A stretch of DNA of 23,360 nt from Octopus sinensis (taxonomy: Eukaryota). Position 1 is the stretch's first letter; every line of letters starts with the position of its first letter. The stretch is taken from NCBI RefSeq assembly GCF_006345805.1, contig NW_021836643.1, positions 1 through 23,360 of the forward strand. Reading direction: 5' to 3'. Positions 1 through 9,529 of the stretch are shown piece after piece. Position numbers and translations under genes: made by a program. The notes beneath the pieces are model-generated. The model had not been told where the DNA came from. It made no database searches and was given only the letters and a program-made list of their open reading frames with translations.

Positions 1-940
1 GAGAGAAAAAAATCTAAATTGTAATTTCTTTCCATATTTTATTTCTTTAATTCTAATTTTGGGATTTTCGCTTGAATTCTCTTTCGTCAATTGAATTAGA
101 GCTCCCACATTTTTGGGTAAAAAATTATTTTCATTAAACTTAATTTTGTTGAATTGAATTTGTTCCTTTTGGCTTTTTGTTTTTATTGTTGCTGTCTATA
201 TTTTTGTTCTTGCTTTTGTTGCTTAACCCGATCCCAAGTCTGACTGAGCCGGTCTTTTATCCAAGAATTCCTAAACAATACAGTCCCGCTTTTTCTTTTC
301 TTTATGGTGCTATGTTTCTGAAAATATTAGCCAGCACGTCGTTTCTTTTGAGACGGTAGACTTTGATAAGAGGGAAGGTTAGCTCCTATGGATAGCAGGT
401 CAAATGACACTAAAGGAAATTCAATTACCAATTTGGGGGTCTACGGGAATTAATCTTAAATACCATGGACATTTTCCATCAAACATATTCACTTTGTGCT
501 TGAGGCATATTTAGCTGTTTGTGTGCGAATGTTCCTCAACTGGCTCACTTAAATTGACTGCATGGAAAACTCATTAGATTAATTTCCATTGTATAAGAAA
601 CGTACATTGAGACGTTCAACATGTCGACACGGGCTGATTATAGATTCAAATGAAATATTAAATATATACACAAAAGTGAGCGCAAACGTACGTTCGTGTC
701 GCAGACACATTATGTTCGATTCAGTGTGCATTGCATAGCATTTGGGCAAATTACTTCCACTCAAGATCCGAATTGACTACTGCCTTAAAAATGTTACCTT
801 AAACATAAACACATAATCCTGTGTACCTACTTAGAAGCGTACGGAAAACTTGCTTCTCTCGGTCGAGGGCATATATGCCCCCTTATTAGACTATTTTCTT
901 TAGTCATTATGCGGTGATCACTATAAGATTTAAGCTCACA

Positions 941-1025
941 AACACACATAAACACACACAAACACACAAGCACACATACATACACATACACACACACACA
1001 CACACAGACATATATATATATATAT
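941..1025. repeat. (CA)n/(TA)n compound microsatellite
   Basis: Imperfect acac run followed by tatata, read directly. Confidence 0.9.
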
Positions 1026-1440
1026 TAACATTAGTATATCGCTAAGGTATAGCGAGAAAGCTTTGATGAAGTTACAAAATGTTATCCAGGAACTCAACTA
1101 AAAGCACACCACAATCTATAGCAGAAACAGCAGTAAGCTAATGGAATTCAATACATAATTTTTGCTTTTTTACGCCGTCATCTCTTTTTCCTACATACAC
1201 ACACATACACTCAAAGAAACATCACAGCATGTTCTTTTATCTATCTCCTTGCCTTCTTGGAGGTTTCAGGTAAAATTATACTGATGTGTCCATCTATTTT
1301 AATTCAATTGTATTCTATGTCTTTGTGCAGCTGAGGATCGCTCTGCATTTAAATTGATGAAATGGTTGCATTGTTCAATTAAAGGGAGTCGCCTGAAACG
1401 CTCGTACTACATTTCCTCTGGAAATCCTGTTGCTTGAGTA

Positions 1441-1448
<8 letters not shown>

Positions 1449-1491
<43 letters not shown>
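1449..1491. repeat. (TA)n microsatellite
   Basis: Pure TA run of about 21 units. Confidence 0.95.
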
Positions 1492-1493
<2 letters not shown>

Positions 1494-1958
1494 CTAGCTT
1501 GACAATCTCGTTTAGCGCAGTTTGCGTCTCTGTACGTTACTGACACTATAAAAAAGAAAATATTTTAGAATGTACACCAGATTTAACGTATCAGTAATTC
1601 TATCTATTCGATTGTCTAAGCTCACCAAGATGGTTTCCCACCATCGCTTCATGCGTAGGTATACAGTAACGATAATTTAGTGGGGGGAATGCAAATATTT
1701 TTCGTGTAATTCATCGTTGATATTGAAATGAGTTCGCATCAGGCTCTATATTCTCGATTGCATGTATTCAGTTCGATGTTAGAGAATATATACTAGGGGT
1801 GGGGTTCTGAAAAGTTCCGGGTTTTAAAGATATCGCGAAAGGCCTGATAGGAGGTTCAAACTTCCGAGTTCTTTTACAGGGTTTAGCAAAACCGAAGGAC
1901 GACAGCAATAAGTGTAAGAATTTGAGAGGAGAATATGTTAAAAAAATTAATTCAACCT

Positions 1959-2367
1959 GGCGCAGGAGTGGCTGTGTGGTAAGTAGCTTGCTAACCAACC
2001 ACATGGTTCCGGGTTCAGTCCCACTGCGTGGCATCTTGGGCAAGTGTCTTCTGCTATAGCCCCGGGTCGACCAATGACTTGTGAGTGGATTTGGTAGACG
2101 GAAACTGAAAGAAGCCTGTCGTATATATGTATATATATGTATGATGTATGTGTGTGTGTGTGTGTTTGTTCCCCTAGCATTGCTTAACAACCGATGCTGG
2201 TGTGTTTACGTCCCCGTCACTTAGCGGTTCGGCAAAAGAGACCGATAAAATAAGTACTGGGCATACAAAGAATAAGTCCCGGGGTCGATTTGCTCGACTA
2301 AAGGCGGTGCTCCAGCATGGCCGCAGTCAAATGACTGAAACAAGTAAAAGAGTAAAAGAGTAAAGAG
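1959..2367 (+). mobile_element. tRNA-derived SINE, family 1, near full length
   Basis: Pol III A-box-like tggctgtgtgg at 1969-1979 and B-box ggttcagtccc at 2012-2022. CORE-like ttgggcaagtg, an internal TA/TG tract, a 3' gctccagcatggccgcagtc block and a short (agtaaaag)-type repeat tail. Homologous copies lie at 8731, 10976 and 20355. Confidence 0.9.
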
Positions 2368-3151
2368 TTGCATATTCTTTTACCCATAGCCAGGAACTTT
2401 TCAACATCCCTTCATAGAATGTATGTCAGTAGAAATATTTAATATCTCTCAGAAGGTCACAAGACTTTTAAATCTTTTAGTTTTGAAGTCTTCCTGTCTG
2501 TTCTTATCAATTCGCCATTCCTAGAACTAGCTAATTCCGATACGTTCCTTTTGGCATTCTTCTATCCGTACTTTCGTACCGTTTTATCTTGTCAACAGTC
2601 TCTCAGTTCATTCTTGTCATCTAATTATTTTTCTTACTTTTCTCCTCTATCATTAAATCCAATTGTACTTTTTTTTAATATTTTTTATTCCTAATTACCA
2701 TTCTCTATTCCTAACCCTAAATTCATATTTATCATTTACTCTTATTTTATATAATTTTTTAGCTTTTTTAAATTCTTAATCTTATGATTCTTCTTATGAT
2801 TCTGTATTCCATTTATCAATATTGTTATTTATTCTTTCTCTTTTTCAGGTTTCTTGTTTATATTTTGTTTTCCTCCCTTGATTGGCGAAATATCTTCGAA
2901 AATATTCTTTTCCTCGACTCCAAATTGTCTATGTATTTCTTTATATTTTATTATTTTTAAAACACTTTTTTCTTTATGGTAATTTTTGCTACTCATTTTT
3001 ATTTTTCTTCCTATAATTATATTACGTTATCTCGTTAACGGTTAATTTTCTTCTGATCACTAATTTCATAATCGTTTATATTAAAATTCTGACTTTCTTT
3101 CTATTTCGTTTTGAGTATGATTCTTTATATACGGACGTTCTATTCAACTGT

Positions 3152-3538
3152 TTAACCTTTCCATACTTTTATCTGAGGAGATGGTTTTTCTTTCTGTTTA
3201 GAACATTGAAACGACCATAATGAAAGCAACATGAAACAAATGTTAGTAGATTCACCATAATCCGGTGATTTTATTGTGATACCATATCTCAATGGTTGTC
3301 AACCAATGTTCAAGTACGTATCACCTACCCCGGAGACAGCAGATGTAGAGACATCAAACTTGATCATTAAATGTAGCCTTGGTGTTTCATTTTGCTTATG
3401 CTCGGGGTCTAAAACCTCAGAAAATACTTTATATCAAGTGGCACAAACTAGATTACTAAATTCATACGAACCCGGGACCTCAGTAGAGACAAATTCACCG
3501 TTTCCATGTCCAGATGTACTGCTTCTGGCCGCTATGTT
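3152..3538 (-). pseudogene. Possible decayed coding fragment of unknown identity
   Basis: A 129-codon minus-strand frame with only two internal stops, both TGA, in AT-rich DNA. It overlaps the + ORF 3276-3551. No family motif recognised. Confidence 0.2.
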
Positions 3539-3732
3539 TTATAAAATATGATAAACTTAGATAGGTTTCCGGTTAACTTTTTTTTCTAATCTCTAAGCAT
3601 TTTTGGATAAATTCGGAATTAACATCATCCAGGTAATAATCAATTCCTGATAAGATGTTTTATTAGAGGGAGGCCACGTATTGCTTAATCGCGAACATCC
3701 TGAACAAATAATCCACTCCAATAACGTTATTA

Positions 3733-3943
3733 ATATTCTTTTCTTCTCTCGGCACAAGGCCCGAAATTTTGTGGGAAAGGGCCAGTCGATGAAATCGATC
3801 CCAGTAGTACGCAACTGGTACTTAATTTACCGACCCCGAAACAATGAAAGGCAAAGTCGTCTTCGGCGGAATTTGAACTAAGAACGTAAAGACAGACGAA
3901 ATACCTCTTAGCATTTCTCCCGGCATGCTAACGTGTCTGCCTT
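3733..3943 (-). mobile_element. tRNA-derived SINE, family 2, with target-site duplication
   Basis: Shares the aactggtactta...cgaccccgaaa...gaaaggcaaagtcg...gaatttgaact...agcatttc.cccggc.tgctaacg blocks with 6504-6734 and 20130-20352. Flanked by direct repeats ataacgttattaatatt (3721-3737) and ataacgttattagtatt (3944-3960). Confidence 0.9.
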
Positions 3944-4594
3944 ATAACGTTATTAGTATTGTTATTTCTTATATAGTTGAAGAGTTGGTGTTACCCATGA
4001 CATCTTACTTAGTCTCTGAGACTAGGGAGTGAATGAAAATTGCTGATGAGTCCCATCCTATAATCCTTACGCTAGTGCATACTCTGTTATAATTATTCAA
4101 GCAAGTGTTAAACCAAACGATTGATTAATTATTTCACAAAAGTGTTGGAGAAATATTTCACGTAAAACTATACGGCTGCCATACGGCAGTTTCTTTTATT
4201 AAACACAGCTGCAAAAGGTGTCGAGACGTAGAATGGAACACAAAACCAAAATGGAACGATAACAGAACCATTCCTGCGTCAATTATATTTACACATTATA
4301 AACCTATTCCTCTGCCCTTTATACAACTTCTATCTCGTTCCCAGAATTGGCAATGTAACAAAATGCTAATGTTCTACATTGTTCTGCCAAGTTCTGACTT
4401 CGTTTTAGGCCTGGACATTCACCAGACCCGAACGAACCCTATTAAATATTCATGGCACATTTACAAAAGGAAATCAGTATTCAAGTAAACCTGAAATCAA
4501 AATATTTCTATTTGTGGTTGTTCATGTAATAATTACAACCTCCATTACAGATGTTTGTTTGCGGCTGTCAGAATTATAAATGATGTAGCGAGAA

Positions 4595-5090
4595 GGACGG
4601 TTGTCATAATCGTTAGATCGTCGGGCAAAAATCATTAGGTATTTCTTGCGGTTATTTACCTTCTGAGTTCGAATATTGCTCAGGTCAAGTTTAACTTTCA
4701 CCCTATCGGGTTCAAATGCTTTAGACCTGACCAGATTTAAGAATTCTTTTTATCGAATTGTTTTCCATTATTGCATGGTAAGATGAAGAACTGGTAGTTA
4801 TTTGTAGCCTATCAGTATTTTCTCTAATTTTACAAGTTGGAGGTGAAAATTCCGATGAAATCAACTTTGTTTTAATTAGCGAGATTTAAATACATTGATT
4901 TTCTCAGTCGTATTATCTGTTCATATCTCACATCGCCTCAAACGTTTTGGATTTCTACTACCAGGTCTTTACTTTCAGAGTTCAAATTACAGCGATGTAA
5001 ATTTTGTTTTTCGTCCAATCAAGGTCGATAAAATAAAGACCCAGACCAGTGCTAGAATCGATATAAAACAGCCACCTACCAAAATTGCTC
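4595..5090 (+). mobile_element. Cluster of degenerate family 2 SINE fragments (about three)
   Basis: 4595-4710 reads aatcgttagatcgtcgggcaaaa...ttctgagttcgaat...aggtcaagtttaactttcaccctatcggg. 4925-5090 reads ttcagagttcaaattacagcgatg...aaggtcgataaaataaagacccag. Both match the sense strand of family 2. A weaker head lies at ~4775-4880. Confidence 0.6.
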
Positions 5091-5126
5091 GTAGGGATCT
5101 TATCTAAGCAGGCATCAGTTTTGCGC

Positions 5127-5128
<2 letters not shown>

Positions 5129-5208
<80 letters not shown>

Positions 5209-5280
5209 TATATATGCATATATACATATATGTACGTAGTTACATATATATGTATATATACAAGCATATATGTATACAGG
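5129..5280. repeat. (TA)n-rich microsatellite
   Basis: Read directly. Confidence 0.9.
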
Positions 5281-5376
5281 ACGTCAATAGAAGACATGAA
5301 CAAATGAGAAACGAGACAGGCAGCATAAAGAACATTCCCTTATCAGTTGTCATCTGTTTTATCTACTCCGCGTTTC

Positions 5377-5392
5377 TAACACACACACACAC

Positions 5393-5450
<58 letters not shown>
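5377..5450. repeat. (CA)n(TA)n microsatellite
   Basis: Read directly. Confidence 0.9.
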
Positions 5451-5451
<1 letters not shown>

Positions 5452-5652
5452 CGGGAAGCTTTATGAAAATAAACAAAAGACGAAGGCAGGTGGAGTACAA
5501 CAACAATTGTATTAGTATGGCGCTCAGGAATATAAATAAAACAAGTCTTTTACGTTTCGAGTCTACGCTCTTCAACAGAAAGATACACAGAAAAGAAACA
5601 CGGGGAGAAACAAGGAGAGAAAAAAAATGCGTGCAGAAGCTAGCGATTCAAC
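5451..5652 (-). mobile_element. Penelope-like LTR-type short repeat, copy 1
   Basis: The minus strand ctgttgaagagcgtagactcgaaacgtaaaagac...ttcctgagcgccatactaataca...ccttcgtcttttg aligns with + strand 21798-21917. It carries the ctg.tgaag-stem-cgaaacgt signature typical of Penelope-like element LTRs and ends at (TA)n. Confidence 0.65.
5546..5583 (-). ncRNA. Minimal hammerhead-ribozyme-like motif with non-canonical core CUGUUGA
   Basis: Minus strand: stem I tcttt/aaaga (5 bp), core ctgttga plus an extra a, stem II gag/ctc around cgtaga, GAA, palindromic ACGT as stem III, and cleavage triplet GUA. Confidence 0.5.
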
Positions 5653-6002
5653 ATGTATATATATACATACATGTATATATATATATACATATATATACAT
5701 ATGCACGTGTGAGTGCCTGTCTTTCTTTATATAGTTATGCATGTATAGGTTTGTGTATACATTCCTATTTATGTGATGTCGTTATATTGCTTGCGTGAGT
5801 TGATTAATTACAAATAGTTGGTGTCAGTGATTCTCTAATTTTCTTTCAGTCAAGCTTATACGTGGCTTCTTCTTTCAAATATTTACGTAACAGACAGCGA
5901 GAGATGGTATGTCATAGAATATTAAGAGCCGCTGGGTTTATTGTCACATCGGTAATCCTTTTCTATCTTCTATCTCGTACTACGCGCTATTCAATGAAGC
6001 TC

Positions 6003-6128
6003 ACCATCATCATCATGGTCGTCGTCGTCGTCATCGTCGTCTTCATCATCATCATCCTCATCATCGTCATCCTCATCTTCATCGTCGTCGTCGTCATCAT
6101 CATCGTTATCATCATCATCATCAACAAC
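6003..6128. repeat. (ATC/GTC)n trinucleotide microsatellite
   Basis: Read directly. Explains ORFs 5862-6155 and 5991-6173. Confidence 0.9.
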
Positions 6129-6226
6129 AACCTGATCGAAATTACGATAAGCTAAAAAATATGAACCACACATCCATTTCCTACTTTCGCCATATTTCCT
6201 TCATCAGCGTAACAAAAGCAATAATC

Positions 6227-6424
6227 ATTTCTATTATATAGGCACAAGGCATATAAGGACGGCTACTCAGTCGATAATATCAAGGACGGGTACCCAGTCG
6301 ATAAAATCAACCAAGGATCTTTTCATTGGTTCTTATTTCATCCTCAGCAAAATTTAAACTTAGAATTTAAGGAGCCAAAATTTGCTGTTGCACATTTTGT
6401 CCGGCGCACTAACGATTGCTACCG
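6227..6424 (-). mobile_element. Degenerate family 2 SINE with internal 27-bp tandem duplication
   Basis: Contains ggcacaagg...cagtcgataaaatcaacc...aaatttaaacttagaa...cattttgtccggcgcactaacgatt. Units 6255-6281 and 6282-6308 match at 24 of 27 positions. Confidence 0.65.
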
Positions 6425-6441
6425 AAAATACAAAAATCCTC

Positions 6442-6734
6442 AACTGGTACTTAATTCATCGATCCCGAATTTGAACTCAGAACGTAGCGGCAGATGGAAT
6501 ACCTATTTCTTTACTACCCACACGGAGCTAAGCACAGAGAGGACAAACAAGGACAGGCAAACGGATTAACTCGCTTATAGCGACCCCAGTGCGTAACTGG
6601 TACTTATTTAATCGACTCTGAAAGGATGAAAGGCAAAGTCGACCTCGGCAGAATTTGAACTCAGAACGTAGCGGCAGATGAGATACCGCTAAGCATTTCG
6701 CCCGACATGCTAACGTTTCTGCCAGCTTACCGCC
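6442..6734 (-). mobile_element. Family 2 SINE head-to-tail dimer (partial 6442-6503 plus full 6504-6734)
   Basis: The full copy has B-box gagttcaaattc (+ strand gaatttgaactc, 6651-6662) and head ggcggtaagctggcagaaacgttagc. The partial copy repeats aactggtactta...gaatttgaactcagaacgtagcggcagatg. Confidence 0.9.
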
Positions 6735-6735
6735 C

Positions 6736-6736
<1 letters not shown>

Positions 6737-6803
<67 letters not shown>

Positions 6804-6839
6804 TATAATAATAATTATAATAATAATAATAATAATATA

Positions 6840-6881
<42 letters not shown>

Positions 6882-6942
6882 TGAGAAGAAGAAGAAAAAG
6901 GAGGAGGAGGAGGAGGAGGAGGAGGAGGATGAAGAAGAAGAA
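6737..6942. repeat. (AAT)n followed by (GAA)/(GAG)n
   Basis: Read directly. AAT run ~6737-6879, purine triplets ~6884-6942. Confidence 0.95.
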
Positions 6943-7189
6943 GATCTATTACTTACGCATGGAACTCTAATGGAAAACTGCCATTTTTAGACATGCAACT
7001 TCACTTTTCCAGTCCCAGTTAAACATAGGGTCCTTCCCTTCACATATATAAATCCACAGTTTTTTGCACTACACCACTTGATCATTACCCCTATTTGTGA
7101 TACAGATCACGGAACCCCAAAGAAATACGATCGAGTAGAAGCTGAAATGCAGAGATTAGTACACACGTATCAGACAATGAAACACACGA

Positions 7190-8665
7190 GTTTCTAAGAA
7201 AGAAAAAAAAAATTCTTGAACGCGGTTACATATGATTTATATCATTAAAACTTTGTATTCTTTCCTCTTTTCTTTTTGTATTTTCATTGAATTTGAGTTC
7301 TTCTTAAGATATTAAAAATTATTTTAATCAAATGTGTTTCAGTTTCAATTGTTATTGTTTCTAGTACATGTTACGTAGGTATTATTTATATAACCATTGC
7401 ATATCGTACCTGTCATCTTCCGTTCATATATTCGTGTTGATGCGTTCACTAACATAAGGAAAATCACTCAGAGAAAACCAAGTAAAAAAAAATTTACGAA
7501 TATCAGAAAATCGTGATATTTTCACCATTTATATTTTCAATATTTTATTCCAGTTTTCACCAGTTTCTGCAGTGTAATATAAGGAAACAATTTGTAATTC
7601 TTATTTCATGTTCAATACCTTGTTTTAGGCAGCTTTAAATAACATGATGGTATTCTGACTTGGATGGGAACGAGAGGTTCACCTGTCGATTAAACAGTAT
7701 TTAGCTGATTGCTAACAAATGTTCTGGCTCCAAAGTAACTGGAAGCGATTTATAGTCGAAAGGAGAACGTAGGATGTCGTTTTGCTTTACCCAAACAACA
7801 TAAGGAAATTATGACCTACGCACTGCTGTTAACGTTATTCTCCAATATTTGGTCTATGACACACGAGGCTGAAGATAAACGATCTTGGCTAAGATACTTT
7901 GGTTTTCAGAGAAATTTTGTCTCGTAGCTCCATCCAAAATCGCACAAGAACTACTCATCTACAATGGTCAAATTTGATTGTCTGGTCATTCCACGATATA
8001 AAGGCGAGAACAAGTCAGATATGACCTCCTTGGCCAATATTGTTTGATGTCACCATTTTGTGTCTTTGGTCAAATTATTTGCGAACAATTTTTATATTAG
8101 GTTGTAGCTAACTATTTCGGCTTCCCGTTGGGCTCTGTCCTCCGTTCTAAATAGCCTTCTGTGAAGCCCCTTGAGGGATACTAGTTATCGGTCAAGTAAT
8201 TACTCTTAATCATCACCAAGTGAATCCCTCTTCACGATCAAAGGCAAATAAAGCTGCTTAAAACAGGTATTGAACTTATGTCAAAAAATAAAACTTTTCT
8301 TTCTCTAGAAAATTTCGAATATGAGACTAAAATGTTGAAAAAATAAAAAAAGTGTAAATTACACAACTTTCTTACATTCGGAAAATTTCTTCATGGTTTT
8401 CTCCAAGTTTCTTTGCTTATTTTATTGAATACATCGAAACAAATATAATAACGTAAAATTAGACATATAGAATATATGAGGAATTCCAAATAACATTTAT
8501 GTGAAAAAAATAGCTGGAACTAAAATTTATTTGCTTCAAATTATTTGCGAATTTATCAAAACCAAATGAAATTTAATGGTTATAAAAGAAAAGAATGGTG
8601 AGAGTTTAAATCACGAGGAACTACTGTCGAAACATTTTTATTTGTGTTTGATTTTGTTTCTAAAG
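7190..8665. repeat. Long degenerate inverted repeat (foldback-like palindrome)
   Basis: Anchors: 7471-7480 gagaaaacca vs the reverse complement (rc) of 8394-8403 (10/10); 7610-7637 vs rc 8249-8275 (26/28); 7877-7893 vs rc 8029-8045 (14/17). Similarity is colinear between anchors. Outer limits are approximate. Confidence 0.75.
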
Positions 8666-8730
8666 AATTATAATTGTTTAATTACATTTCTTGTGCACCT
8701 GTTCATATTTCTACATTCCAAAATATAAGT

Positions 8731-9108
8731 TTTTCTCTTTTATCTTTTAGTTATTTCAGGCTTTAGACTGCGGTCATGCTGGAGTAATCGAAAGAATGGA
8801 GTCCGGTATTCATTTTTTAAGGAATTATTTTGTCGGTCATTTGCCGAACTGGTACGTTATGAGACGTAAACAAACCAACGCCGGTTCTCAAGCGATGGTG
8901 AGGGGCAAATGCACAGACGCACGCATAGATATATATGTACGTAAGGATTCTTTTCAGTTTCCGTCTACTAAGTCTACTCACAATGTTTTGCTTGAACCGA
9001 GGCTAGAGTAGACGAGGCTATACTAGAAGCCGTGGGTACCACGTTGTGGGACTGAAGCAGGAACGAATTGGTTCGGAACAATGCTTCTTACGACAACCTA
9101 TTTGCTCA
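8731..9108 (-). mobile_element. tRNA-derived SINE, family 1, diverged full-length copy
   Basis: + strand actgcggtcatgctggag, ttttcagtttccgtctac and gtgggactgaa are reverse complements of blocks in 1959-2367. Pyrimidine tail ttttctcttttatctttt at the left end. Confidence 0.8.
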
Positions 9109-9174
9109 TGTTTTCTTTTAGGTTTCAGACCAATGTTCTGGAGATTGGCGCATGATTTGTATCCGTAAATGAGT

Positions 9175-9525
9175 TATTACATCCACTAAGGCGCATTTAA
9201 TAACTCATTTGTGTTTGTTTGTTTGACCTTGGACAAGATATCTCAAGAACAGCTGGATGGATTCGAATGAAACTTTCATAGATCTTTGACCTTGTGACTG
9301 GAACGAACTGATTAGATTTCGGGATCGATCCGGTACCGGACAATGACTCTCGATTATCTTTCCTGTTTTTGGTTACTTAATTATTGAGAATGGTTGGGTT
9401 CATTTTTAGTATTCTCATTTGTGAGAGCAGTCCATTTTATTTCAGGTATACTTAATTTAAAAGTCAACTCCGGCTAATCGTTGAGAGGACGTTGGTGTTG
9501 CCTTGACGGAAGTTCTTGCTGTGTT
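9175..9525 (+). mobile_element. Helentron-associated non-autonomous element (HINE/DINE-1-like)
   Basis: 5' ttattacatccactaagg and 3' ccttgacggaagt form degenerate sub-terminal inverted repeats (9/13). A short (gttt)n tract at 9212-9225 is followed by ggacaagatatctcaagaac...ggatgaaactttc-like text, the layout I recall for HINE-type elements. Confidence 0.55.
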
Positions 9526-9529
9526 TGTT

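Noticed and set aside
867-880. 14-bp perfect palindrome gggcatatatgccc
   Set aside because: About one is expected by chance in a window of this size, and there is no supporting context.
1270-1330. 61-nt GT-AG mini-intron candidate joining ...FIYLLAFLEVS to AEDRSAFKLMKW...
   Set aside because: No in-frame ATG or upstream acceptor for the first part, the second part ends in a stop after 35 codons, and nothing is recognisable. Would need RNA-seq junction reads.
1959-2030. tRNA-like A and B boxes as a tRNA gene
   Set aside because: No complete cloverleaf, and the sequence continues into a multicopy SINE body. These are SINE heads, not tRNA genes.
1768-2190. 140-aa minus ORF, and similar ORFs at 3681-3881, 20007-20549 and 20164-20358
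   Set aside because: They lie within SINE copies and are incidental frames of non-coding repeats.
4042-4060. ctgatgagtccc, a hammerhead-like 5' half
   Set aside because: No matching gggac-GAAA downstream.
6170-6215. Minus-strand CTGATGA-AGG-aaatat-GGC-GAAAGTA, a canonical hammerhead core
   Set aside because: Stem II has a G-G mismatch, and stem I and a palindromic stem III cannot be formed. Plausible by chance beside an ATC-rich tract.
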